Shown one piece after another: positions 15,627-24,077 of a stretch of 55,461 nt of DNA. Each line of letters begins with the position of its first letter. Within the stretch, counting starts at the first letter, position 1. Below the pieces are notes generated by a model that saw only the letters and a program-made list of their open reading frames with translations, had not been told where the DNA came from and did not search any database. Location of the stretch: IMG/VR virus record IMGVR_UViG_3300024265_000005, positions 1 to 55,461 of that record; one strand, given 5' to 3'. The DNA is from a virus (taxonomy: Duplodnaviria > Caudoviricetes). Both the position numbers and the translations under genes were made by a program.

Positions 15627-15738
15627 CCAGCAGGGACAGCGACGTATGAAAAATGCAGTAACAAGTCTGGAAGCCGAAGTAACTGAACTTGATTCAGTCA
15701 ACCTTGTTGAAACTGTTGCTTCCTACCTGTCTCGCTGG
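15627..15738 (+). ncRNA. Candidate structured cis-regulatory RNA
   Basis: Nested stems plus a crossing ggaagc/gcttcc pairing; fills the intergenic gap. Confidence 0.45.
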
Positions 15739-15761
15739 CACCTTTTGAAAGGAGAATTAAA

Positions 15762-16643
15762 TTGGCAAAACTAAAACTAAGTAGTACGAGAGTAAGCGCA
15801 AAAGGAAAAAAGCGCACGAAGAGAACTCAGATAAAGGTTTCGATTCCTAAAAGACCATCTAAGATAAGCAATGATCTTCGAAACTACAGTGTGCTTCTTC
15901 ATGGCGAAAAGAAAATAGGCAAAACAACATTGTGGGCACAAGAAGAAGACGCATTCTTTTTGACGTTCGATCCTTTGCAAATTGGTCAATCACTTTATCA
16001 AAGACATGTTCCTTCATGGCCACACTTTCTGGCATATATAAATCTGCTTGAAAAAGATTCTCGGAACGTGAAGACTGTTGTTATTGATGGTGCTGACATT
16101 GCTTATCATCTTTGTTTCAATTGGTCTTGCGAAAAAATGGCAATCGTTCATCCTCACGATGAAAACGATTATGGAAAAAGTTGGAATTTCATTCGTCATG
16201 AATTTGAAAGTGCGGTGTTACGTCTGCTTGCTTTAAATGAAAAAGGAATCGCACCGCGATTTAACTGCCACTCGAAATGGGCAGAAATTAAAACACGTGG
16301 AGGAGGCAAGACCGATAAACTTGTGACTTATTTAACTACGCAAGCAGAAGAAGTTCTGAATGGACGAATTGATCTTTGGGCAGCATACACTTATGTGGAC
16401 AGAAAGCGTGTTTTGATTATCGAAGGCAATGAAGAAATTGGAGCAGGTCATCGAATTGATACAGCTTTCCGTACACCAGATGGTGAATCGATTGCAGAAA
16501 TCGATATGGGCAGATCGCCTAAACAAGCATATCAGAATTTATTGGAGGCATTCGCGAATGAACAAACATATACCGCCATAGACGAACTGACACCGAAGAA
16601 GAAAAAGAAAAAGAAGAGAGTCAAAATCAAAATCAAGAGATAA
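15762..16643 (+). CDS. AAA-family NTPase (Sak4-like recombination protein)
   Basis: LHGEKKIGKTT Walker A, VVIDG Walker B, YGKSW; lies between exonuclease and SSB. Confidence 0.85.
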   Translation: MAKLKLSSTRVSAKGKKRTKRTQIKVSIPKRPSKISNDLRNYSVLLHGEKKIGKTTLWAQEEDAFFLTFDPLQIGQSLYQRHVPSWPHFLAYINLLEKDSRNVKTVVIDGADIAYHLCFNWSCEKMAIVHPHDENDYGKSWNFIRHEFESAVLRLLALNEKGIAPRFNCHSKWAEIKTRGGGKTDKLVTYLTTQAEEVLNGRIDLWAAYTYVDRKRVLIIEGNEEIGAGHRIDTAFRTPDGESIAEIDMGRSPKQAYQNLLEAFANEQTYTAIDELTPKKKKKKKRVKIKIKR

Positions 16644-16673
16644 GTTGTTGTTTTCCAGAAAAGGAACAAACTG

Positions 16674-17810
16674 ATGGCAAAAAAGAAAAGAAGTTTCAGC
16701 AATCGTAAAGCAGGCATCGGTAAAATGTTCAGCGATGCTAAAAAGCAATTCGAAGAAGAAGGTGATCCTTTTGGTATGAGTGTACCGAATGGTCCGTATA
16801 TCGCTACATTGACTGCGGCAGAAAGGAAAGAGTCAGGCAATGATCGATATATCAGCTGGCAAGCAATTGTCGAAGAAGGCGAACAAGAAGGGCAGGACAT
16901 CAACTGGAGATCAAATCTTACGACTGATGAAAATCTCAAATGGTTGCTTATCAATTTCAGTCGTTTCGGCGTTGATGTCAGTGATTTGGAAATTCAAGAC
17001 GATGGAGATCTCGATCAGATCTTAACTGAATTGGTCGACGCTGCGCCGAAAGTTCGTCTCACTTGCAATAGCGATTCAGGCTATCAGAACGTTTTCATCA
17101 ACAAGTTTATCAGTGCCGAAGGACCAGCTGAAGACGAACCTGACGAGCTCGAAAAAGGTGACAAGGTCGAAGGCGACATCGACGGAACATCGTATCCGGG
17201 TACAGTCAAGAAGATCAAAGACGACCAGATCACTATCGACTTCGATGATGACACCACAGAGACGCTCGATGTTTCAGACGTGACGAAGCTCGAAGAGTCA
17301 GCTTGGTTGGACAAACAAGCTGGTTACAAAAAAGGCAAGACGCTTTATGTCGGTACCATCACAGAAGTCGACGAAGATGCTGGCACTTTCGTGATGAAAA
17401 CGGAAGAAGACAAGACAGTGAAAGGTGACATCGACGATCTTGAAGAACCTGAAGCAACTGAAGACGAACCTGACGAGCTCGAAAAAGGTGACAAGGTCGA
17501 AGGCGACATCGACGGAACATCGTATCCGGGTACAGTCAAGAAGATCAAAGACGACCAGATCACTATCGACTTCGATGATGACACCACAGAGACGCTCGAT
17601 GTTTCAGACGTGACGAAGCTCGAAGCAACTGAAGAAGAGGAAGAAACAGTGGATCTCGAAATCGGAGCAAAAGTCGAAGTCACTTACAAAGGAAAGGAAT
17701 ACACAGGCAAAGTCAAAGCAACCAATGAAGATGACGAAGAAGTAACAGTCTATGTGACAAAACTCAAAAAGAAAGTCACTGTGCCTGTTGATGATATCGC
17801 CATCCTCTAA
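16674..17810 (+). CDS. DUF669-like ssDNA-binding protein with four C-terminal Tudor/SH3-like repeats
   Basis: VPNGPYIATL N-terminal domain in the usual SSB position; repeated GDKVE...YPGTVKK..I.FDD units. Confidence 0.7.
   Translation: MAKKKRSFSNRKAGIGKMFSDAKKQFEEEGDPFGMSVPNGPYIATLTAAERKESGNDRYISWQAIVEEGEQEGQDINWRSNLTTDENLKWLLINFSRFGVDVSDLEIQDDGDLDQILTELVDAAPKVRLTCNSDSGYQNVFINKFISAEGPAEDEPDELEKGDKVEGDIDGTSYPGTVKKIKDDQITIDFDDDTTETLDVSDVTKLEESAWLDKQAGYKKGKTLYVGTITEVDEDAGTFVMKTEEDKTVKGDIDDLEEPEATEDEPDELEKGDKVEGDIDGTSYPGTVKKIKDDQITIDFDDDTTETLDVSDVTKLEATEEEEETVDLEIGAKVEVTYKGKEYTGKVKATNEDDEEVTVYVTKLKKKVTVPVDDIAIL
17128..17625 (+). repeat. 168-bp exact in-frame direct repeat (17128-17295 and 17458-17625)
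   Basis: Direct sequence comparison; offset 330 bp. Confidence 0.95.
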
Positions 17811-17849
17811 ACTGAAACTGAAACTGAAACTTTTAACACTATACGGTTA

Positions 17850-17899
17850 AGTTAGGCTTGCGTTATTTCATGATTTTTTTCGCAAGCCTAACTATTTTT
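17850..17899 (+). terminator. Terminator-like hairpin
   Basis: agttaggcttgcg / cgcaagcctaact 13-bp stem followed by attttt. Confidence 0.65.
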
Positions 17900-17917
17900 A
17901 GAAAGGAGTATTGTACA

Positions 17918-18475
17918 GTGAGCTTACAAATATATATCGCAGGACCATTTTTCAATAAGCAGAGCAAAGAAATATTGCAGGCAATTTTGGATAAACTGGA
18001 ATTGCTTGGGCACACATGCTGGGCACCGATGCGTGATGGAATTACATGTCCGAAAAATGCAAACGCGGAAACGAGACAAAAAGTGTTCCAGTTAGATTGT
18101 GAACAATTGCATTGGGCAGAATGCGTTGTAGCTTTACTTGACTATCCGTTACCGCCTTATGAACAATTAATGCTGAAGACACAAACTCCAGAAGGAAAAA
18201 TCGATTTCATAGATGCGCACTTGCCTGATCCTGGAACTGTTTTTGAAATCGGATTTGTGAATGGGTTGAACGAGTCAAGGAAAGATCCTTACAGATACAT
18301 TATTGGATACAGCGAGATTTCTGGTTTCAATTTAATGGTATCTGAAGGTTGTGATTGTGTTGTTTCCAGTCTTGCTCAGCTTGAAAGAATAATGGAATTC
18401 GTTGAAAATAAAGACTATAAATCATTATCACTGCTCAAACTTCAGTGCAAACAAGGAGATTTAAACGAATTGTAG
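17918..18475 (+). CDS. Nucleoside 2-deoxyribosyltransferase / nucleotide N-glycosidase family protein
   Basis: IYIAGPFF, VFQLD, DPGTVFEIGF, FNLMV motifs; GTG start after AAGGAG. Confidence 0.88.
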   Translation: MSLQIYIAGPFFNKQSKEILQAILDKLELLGHTCWAPMRDGITCPKNANAETRQKVFQLDCEQLHWAECVVALLDYPLPPYEQLMLKTQTPEGKIDFIDAHLPDPGTVFEIGFVNGLNESRKDPYRYIIGYSEISGFNLMVSEGCDCVVSSLAQLERIMEFVENKDYKSLSLLKLQCKQGDLNEL

Positions 18476-18490
18476 AAAGGAGTCTTAATT

Positions 18491-19111
18491 ATGTTGGACT
18501 TAAGGGAATTACTTGTAGGTTACTCAGTTAGGCTTCGATATGTGAATCGTTTTTCAACATGTCGAGTTTCGAATCCTGAAACTGTGGCAGAGCATTCGTT
18601 TTTTGTTGCTTATTATGCTCTTATGATTGCGAAATGGTGTGATATACAACAAACGGCTAGACTGTGTCCTTTAGATTACAAGAAACTTCTCACAAGAGGA
18701 TTGCTTCATGATATCGATGAAGCAACAACAGGAGATATACCTCGCACATTTAAGTATTCAAATGCTAAATTGAAACAATTATTGAACACTGTAGCAGAAC
18801 ATGGAGTTGAAAATCTCGCTGATCGATTATGGCCTTCCAGTCCTGTCAGTCTTGCTATAAGCGAGGAATGGAAAACTGCAAAAGATGACAGCCTCGAAGG
18901 TCGAATTCTTGAGTTTGCTGACTTTCTTTCTGTCCTTTCATTTTTATATGAAGAAATTCGTGCTTCAAATTTCATTATGCGAGAGCATATATCTGCGATG
19001 CGAGAATATTATGATAGATTCAAGCATCCAGGATATGATTTTCTTCGTCCATTGATCAAAGAAGCAGGAACAATTCTCTTCGAAGAAATACTTGCTGATG
19101 AAACTAAATGA
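18491..19111 (+). CDS. HD-domain deoxynucleotide hydrolase (YfbR/DatZ-like)
   Basis: RF...ETVAEHSF, LLHDIDEATTGDIP, ADFL motifs. Confidence 0.9.
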   Translation: MLDLRELLVGYSVRLRYVNRFSTCRVSNPETVAEHSFFVAYYALMIAKWCDIQQTARLCPLDYKKLLTRGLLHDIDEATTGDIPRTFKYSNAKLKQLLNTVAEHGVENLADRLWPSSPVSLAISEEWKTAKDDSLEGRILEFADFLSVLSFLYEEIRASNFIMREHISAMREYYDRFKHPGYDFLRPLIKEAGTILFEEILADETK

Positions 19112-19388
19112 AGAAGAGCGAAAGATTTTCGAGCAACGTCAAAAAAGATATGGTAATTTTGTCGATGCACATGAAAATCTTGGATTGATTTGGACTGGTT
19201 TAATACAGAATTATTTTCAAATCAAATTACCTGAACCAATTCCTTCTCATCTTGTACTTTTAATGATGGCAGCAAGCAAACTCAACAGGGCAGTTGCTGA
19301 AAAAGATTTGATTGATTCTGACAATTATGATGATGCCAAAATATATGCTGAAATGGCTAAAAAAGCGAAGGAGACACATGAAAAATAA
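19098..19388 (+). CDS. DUF6378-like helical nucleotide-metabolism-associated protein
   Basis: RQKRYG..., MMAASKLNR, DNYDDAKIYA pattern. Confidence 0.7.
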   Translation: MKLNEEERKIFEQRQKRYGNFVDAHENLGLIWTGLIQNYFQIKLPEPIPSHLVLLMMAASKLNRAVAEKDLIDSDNYDDAKIYAEMAKKAKETHEK

Positions 19389-20193
19389 AAATCTCAAACA
19401 TTGGCAAAGCAGATGTCCTGGAAAACAACAAGCAAGAACAAGTCTTTCTGCTGTTCTATTGGATTGGACAGAATTTCCTTTCCATATGATTCATCAACTT
19501 TATTTTTACAACAAGCACGGTACGAAAATGAAAAGATTTCATTCGGCAACCAGATCAGAATTCGAATTCGTTATGGAACTTCTAAAAGAAGATTGGTGCG
19601 GCTTGCTTGAAATGCCAACATTTGTCTGGGCTTTTGTTTTACCTCGAAGCTTGCATGCACAAATACGAACACACAGGCATTGGTCTTTCTTTTCTGAAAG
19701 CCATCAACTTTCTTTGCCTATCGAATTTGCTGATCAGGATGATTACTTTCACATTCCTGGAAAGAGCAGTATTGCAAAAGCAGTTGAACAAGTGGCCATG
19801 AAAGATTCACAAGACCATTACCAAGAATTGCTTGAGCTAGGAGTTTTGCCTTCACTGGCCAGAGGAGTCTTGCCGATGCATATCAATCTTGGCTTGACTG
19901 CTGGATGCAATTTACGTGCTATGTTCCAAACAATAGTTTTGAGGAATTGTAACATTTTGCAATCTACGTATTGGCAACCTTTATTGGAGCAAATGGAAAA
20001 AGAACTTTGCAAGAAAGTAGATGAGCGATTTTCAGAATTGTTTAAACTCAAACCTTGCAATATCAATAAGCGTTGTCTTTCTTCTATAGAGCAGAAGCTT
20101 CGAATAGCTGGACAAGATCCGCATAAACCTTGTAAATACTATTTAGCGAAATTCGCAGATGAAAAAGATTGGAAGATTATTGATGAAAATTAG
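19378..20193 (+). CDS. thyX: ThyX-like flavin-dependent enzyme, paralog 1 (divergent motif)
   Basis: QIRTHRHWSFFSESHQ variant of RHRx7SxR; ARGVLP, NLRAM....LR. Confidence 0.75.
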   Translation: MKNKNLKHWQSRCPGKQQARTSLSAVLLDWTEFPFHMIHQLYFYNKHGTKMKRFHSATRSEFEFVMELLKEDWCGLLEMPTFVWAFVLPRSLHAQIRTHRHWSFFSESHQLSLPIEFADQDDYFHIPGKSSIAKAVEQVAMKDSQDHYQELLELGVLPSLARGVLPMHINLGLTAGCNLRAMFQTIVLRNCNILQSTYWQPLLEQMEKELCKKVDERFSELFKLKPCNINKRCLSSIEQKLRIAGQDPHKPCKYYLAKFADEKDWKIIDEN

Positions 20194-20205
20194 AGAGGAG
20201 TCGTA

Positions 20206-20316
20206 ATGTGGCATTTTCTAGCAGGATTAGTAATCGGCAGTTGGATAGGATTTGGAGTTTTTGCGGTATGTAGAAAGGGTCGTGACGATCGAAATCAGAA
20301 AAGAGTTGAAAGATGA
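20206..20316 (+). CDS. Small single-TM protein (36 aa, not in the ORF track)
   Basis: GAGGAG RBS; MWHFLAGLVIGSWIGFGVFAVC; stop overlaps next start. Confidence 0.6.
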   Translation: MWHFLAGLVIGSWIGFGVFAVCRKGRDDRNQKRVER

Positions 20317-20768
20317 AGATTAATGAATTTACGAATCGATATCGATTTTTGAGTAATTTTTTTACTTGCTCTATTGTCTATGATGGACAGAAATGGAAAA
20401 CTGCTGAACATCTATTTCAAGGATTGAAAACAGATAATTCAATAATGAAAGAAAAGATACGACGTGCAGCAACTCCGGGACAAGCTAAAAAATTAGGGAG
20501 GAGAGTTTGGGATCTTAAATCAAATTGGAAACAAAAAAGAAATCTGCATATGCTTGTCGTTCTTAGGTTGAAATTTAGACAGAATGCAAGATTGGCTATT
20601 AAATTATCTGCAACTGAAGATGCCATTTTAGAAGAAGGAAATCATTGGCACGATAATTACTGGGGCAATTGTTTTTGTCTGAAGTGCGAAAGCATTAAAG
20701 GTAGGAATCAACTTGGGAAACTGTTGATGCAAATTCGAAAGGAATTAAAGAATGAAGATTCGCGATGA
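20313..20768 (+). CDS. NADAR (YbiA-like) protein
   Basis: FLSNF, TAEHLFQ..K, AKKLGR, KFRQN, D.YWG, GRNQLGKLLMQIR motifs. Confidence 0.92.
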   Translation: MKINEFTNRYRFLSNFFTCSIVYDGQKWKTAEHLFQGLKTDNSIMKEKIRRAATPGQAKKLGRRVWDLKSNWKQKRNLHMLVVLRLKFRQNARLAIKLSATEDAILEEGNHWHDNYWGNCFCLKCESIKGRNQLGKLLMQIRKELKNEDSR

Positions 20769-21768
20769 TATCAAATTGTATGCTAAACTTGCTACTGCTC
20801 AAGTTGGTTATGTATCTGGGCAAATAGAAGTTACAAGTAAATGTTATCAACACTGCAAATATTGTTCCAGTTGGCGTGATACTGATTATCGCCACAAAGA
20901 ATTAACTCTTCAACAAATACAGAAAATTGTTCAAGAATTGCTAAACGATTTTCCAATGTTCGAACACCTTACGATAACTGGCGGTGATCCGCAGAAATGG
21001 CAATGGTTAGATAAGTTCTTGCTTTGGTGGCAAGTAGAAAAGATTGATATTGATCTTCAAGTCAGTACAGCATTAGCAAGAGATATTAAGCATCCTGATC
21101 TGTGGCGAACAACAATTAAAGATTTTCGTGTTTCTCTTGATGCTCTCACTGCTCAAACTTATACTTTTATACGAGGCGATCATCAAAATTGTCCAGATAC
21201 AATTTTAACTCGTTTGAAAGAACTTAATCATCCGAATTTGGCAATTATCATTACGATATATCCATCAACTATAAAACAATTATTTCCTCTCTTGGCTTTA
21301 CTTGATACTTTACAATTTAAAGGATTAGCAATCCGTAAAATCATAATAATGGCAGGAATAGGCATGGAGCTTGACAGAAAATTCTGGGATGATTGGGAAC
21401 AGGCTCAAGAATTTGCAACTAACGCATCGGTCGCAACAAGTTTTACTGAAAGCATACCTGAGACAAGAAAGGAATGTGAATCTTCCGTGAACCAGCATGT
21501 TCGTTGTTGGGCAAGTCGGCTTGGATTCCACATAAAACCGAATGGCGATGTTTTTCCATGTTGTCTGGTTGGTGGAGAAGCAATTACAGTCCAGAAAAAA
21601 TTCTGTATGGGCAATATTTTTGAACAAGATCTAATAGATATTTATAATTCGTATACACCAACTACTTATGGCATGGAGTTGACATGCCGAGAATTTTGTC
21701 AGTACAAACAACTATGCATCAATCTTGCTAGTGATCTTGCTGATAAAACGAAACTTGCAATTCCATAA
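20752..21768 (+). CDS. Radical SAM enzyme with SPASM/twitch domain
   Basis: CYQHCKYC (CxxxCxxC), TGGDP, RVSLDA; C-terminal C..IKPNGDVFPCC..MGNI..CREFC. Confidence 0.9.
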   Translation: MKIRDDIKLYAKLATAQVGYVSGQIEVTSKCYQHCKYCSSWRDTDYRHKELTLQQIQKIVQELLNDFPMFEHLTITGGDPQKWQWLDKFLLWWQVEKIDIDLQVSTALARDIKHPDLWRTTIKDFRVSLDALTAQTYTFIRGDHQNCPDTILTRLKELNHPNLAIIITIYPSTIKQLFPLLALLDTLQFKGLAIRKIIIMAGIGMELDRKFWDDWEQAQEFATNASVATSFTESIPETRKECESSVNQHVRCWASRLGFHIKPNGDVFPCCLVGGEAITVQKKFCMGNIFEQDLIDIYNSYTPTTYGMELTCREFCQYKQLCINLASDLADKTKLAIP

Positions 21769-21780
21769 GAAAGGACAAAA

Positions 21781-22041
21781 ATGAAGAACAATATATTTGA
21801 GATCGATACAAATTGTAGATTGGTTGTTAAAGAGACTCATGAAATTGTACCTCTCGATGAACCGGTTTTTATTTTACGAGCTAAAGACAAAAAAGCTTTA
21901 GCAGCAATAGTTGCTTACCGAAGTTCTTTCAATCCTTTCAGCCAAGAGGAAAGACAGATTCAAAAAATCATTAACGAGTTCAGGGAATTCAAGCAAGAAA
22001 ATGCTGACCTTATGCAAGACCCAGAAACGGCCTACAATTGA
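21781..22041 (+). CDS. Conserved phage hypothetical protein
   Basis: DEPVFILRAKD motif; AAGGA RBS. Confidence 0.7.
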   Translation: MKNNIFEIDTNCRLVVKETHEIVPLDEPVFILRAKDKKALAAIVAYRSSFNPFSQEERQIQKIINEFREFKQENADLMQDPETAYN

Positions 22042-22140
22042 TTTCGTCACATTTTGAGACCATTGCACAGGAGCAGGTCAGATATGAGAGCAGTCAAGAG
22101 TCTGGTGCTTAGAAATAGATGATATAAGAGGTGTAGGATC

Positions 22141-22506
22141 ATGGTAAAGACCAAGAGCTTGTTTGACAAATCAGAACTCAGTGATGGCAAACGGATTGTT
22201 GTTAGTTATAAGCTGCCGTCAAAATATTATCTTTCTACTCACAACGCAGTATGGGAAGTATATCTGCCTCCTTATCAGCATATGGTTTACGGATACCGTG
22301 CGGGGCAGATAACCTGGGAGAAGTACACTGAGTTATACCTGCTCAAAATGAAACTCCCGCGAGCAGCGCAAGCTATCAAGAAGCTAGCCACATTGTCGTT
22401 GATTCAAGACATAACTTTATTGTGTTATGAAAAGGAGGACAATCCACATTGTCACAGACATTTATTGAAAGCTCTTATCGACCAAGTAGCCAGTGAACTC
22501 AGTTAA
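22141..22506 (+). CDS. DUF488-family protein
   Basis: ITWEKY...Y and ITLLCYE....HCHRHLL motifs. Confidence 0.8.
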   Translation: MVKTKSLFDKSELSDGKRIVVSYKLPSKYYLSTHNAVWEVYLPPYQHMVYGYRAGQITWEKYTELYLLKMKLPRAAQAIKKLATLSLIQDITLLCYEKEDNPHCHRHLLKALIDQVASELS

Positions 22507-22520
22507 GAGGAGCGCAGAAG

Positions 22521-22727
22521 ATGAACTTAGGCCCAAGAACTAAATCGCACATTGACTCGCTGAGCCATTTTGATTTGCTCAAAGGTCTCCGGTTCGCCGC
22601 TGCAGGCGATCCTTGGTTTCAGAGCGAAACTGGTCGCTATTGGATTAAGCGATTGAAGCAACTCAGAACAAAAAATCCAGCAGCAGCTGTTGCAGATTCT
22701 AAAAGTATTGGATGGGATATAAGATGA
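22521..22727 (+). CDS. Hypothetical protein
   Basis: GAGGAG RBS; RFA..GDPWFQ..TG.Y..SKSIGW. Confidence 0.65.
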   Translation: MNLGPRTKSHIDSLSHFDLLKGLRFAAAGDPWFQSETGRYWIKRLKQLRTKNPAAAVADSKSIGWDIR

Positions 22728-22909
22728 AAACTAACTCATTAAAATCAAAGCGAATATTTCAAGAAAAATGCACAGCTTGTGAAAAAGGATTCGTTTTCGT
22801 TGCGAGAATTGTTCTCCGAGGCGGTCAAGAAGAATTAAAAGCTTTGAGACTTTGTCGAAAATGTAAAGATATATTAATCACTTCAATTGGAAAGGGAAAA
22901 ATAAAATGA
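22724..22909 (+). CDS. Small Zn-finger-like protein
   Basis: CTAC...LCRKC; overlapping start/stop junctions on both sides. Confidence 0.6.
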   Translation: MKTNSLKSKRIFQEKCTACEKGFVFVARIVLRGGQEELKALRLCRKCKDILITSIGKGKIK

Positions 22910-23862
22910 AAGTCACACTACTAACTAAGACAGAGAACATGGAATCGAATCTTTGGTTGATCTGGCAGTTAAGCCGAGGCCAAGAATCGCTGGGAAAAAT
23001 TCGCAATCAACTTTTGGAAAAAGCAGATCTCAACAAATTCTTCGAACGAATTATTAACGAAGATATTCCTCTGGCGGAAATGATTGATTTCATTTTTGTG
23101 CTTGAGGATATTCCAATTTCACTTAGAGAACAACTTGTCCGTCACAGAATTGGCGTAAAGGTTGCTGGTCAAGAATTCTGCGATCTCGTACCTGATTTGG
23201 CTGACTCAAGTTTCTGGTCCCAGAGTATGCGTGTTTTGGACATGAGCAATTTCGAATACTTTGTCCCTGAAAGCGTTCAAAAGGGTACAGATCCGTATGG
23301 CATTTATGCAAAACATATGCTCAATACCAGAATAACATATTCAAAACTTGTTGCTGCTGGTATCCCTCGTGAAGATGCTCGCAATATTATTCCTCTTGGC
23401 GCTGCTCACCGTATCGTTTGGAAATTAAATTTGGCAGCAATCAGACACATCATGAGCAAACGTGGCTGTTGGATTTTGCAGCTTGGTCTTTGGAGGCCTG
23501 TGATTGAAGGTATGGTGAATGAATTATGTAAGTTCAATCCTGTTTTCCGTCAGCTGGTTACTCCGCCGTGTATGCGAGGCGACGAATTTCATGGCTGCTT
23601 GTTCTGCGAAAATAATTATGCTCGGATCGAAGGTGATGTTGATCCGTTGCCACCTTGTCCTCTGTTCTTGAACCATTACCATGAAGAAGCATTGGATTGT
23701 TCCAACGAAGTTTTTCCAGAAAGTACAACTTGTTGGTTCTGGCAATCAGATACAAATAAATGGACTTGTTGTGCTGAAAATCAAATGCCTTTAAAGGAAA
23801 AAATGCGTGTTGATTATGGAAAGTTATGGCAGCGTAATGTTGATACCGGAGAAAAAATATGA
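22906..23862 (+). CDS. thyX: ThyX-like flavin-dependent enzyme, paralog 2 (insertion inside the motif)
   Basis: QLVRHR...SFWSQSMR, GIPREDARNIIP, KLNL.......KR. Confidence 0.85.
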   Translation: MKVTLLTKTENMESNLWLIWQLSRGQESLGKIRNQLLEKADLNKFFERIINEDIPLAEMIDFIFVLEDIPISLREQLVRHRIGVKVAGQEFCDLVPDLADSSFWSQSMRVLDMSNFEYFVPESVQKGTDPYGIYAKHMLNTRITYSKLVAAGIPREDARNIIPLGAAHRIVWKLNLAAIRHIMSKRGCWILQLGLWRPVIEGMVNELCKFNPVFRQLVTPPCMRGDEFHGCLFCENNYARIEGDVDPLPPCPLFLNHYHEEALDCSNEVFPESTTCWFWQSDTNKWTCCAENQMPLKEKMRVDYGKLWQRNVDTGEKI

Positions 23863-24077
23863 TAACCTACACGATTGTTATTATTGGAGGCAGCATTCAT
23901 AAGCCTTTTATAGCGCTTCAGTGGGGAACTACTGCGTTGATATTAGAGTGTGCTCCACTTAGAGATCTCATACAAGCAGCGAAAGAAAAGAGCATATACA
24001 GCGTACTCGAAAGAATTCCGGAATGTCAACGTGAAATTCTGGCTTTTATCTATGAAGAATACCATGATAAACTATAG
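23859..24077 (+). CDS. Hypothetical protein
   Basis: 72 aa, ATGA overlap with upstream gene. Confidence 0.5.
   Translation: MITYTIVIIGGSIHKPFIALQWGTTALILECAPLRDLIQAAKEKSIYSVLERIPECQREILAFIYEEYHDKL

Noticed and set aside
15640-15725. Twister ribozyme
   Set aside because: AAGC-like words are present but the UAA cleavage loop and both pseudoknots could not be placed
17811-17830. (ACTGAA)3 microrepeat
   Set aside because: Too short to support a function
18491-19388. Z-genome (2-aminoadenine) pathway
   Set aside because: An HD hydrolase is present but no PurZ/adenylosuccinate synthetase homolog is visible
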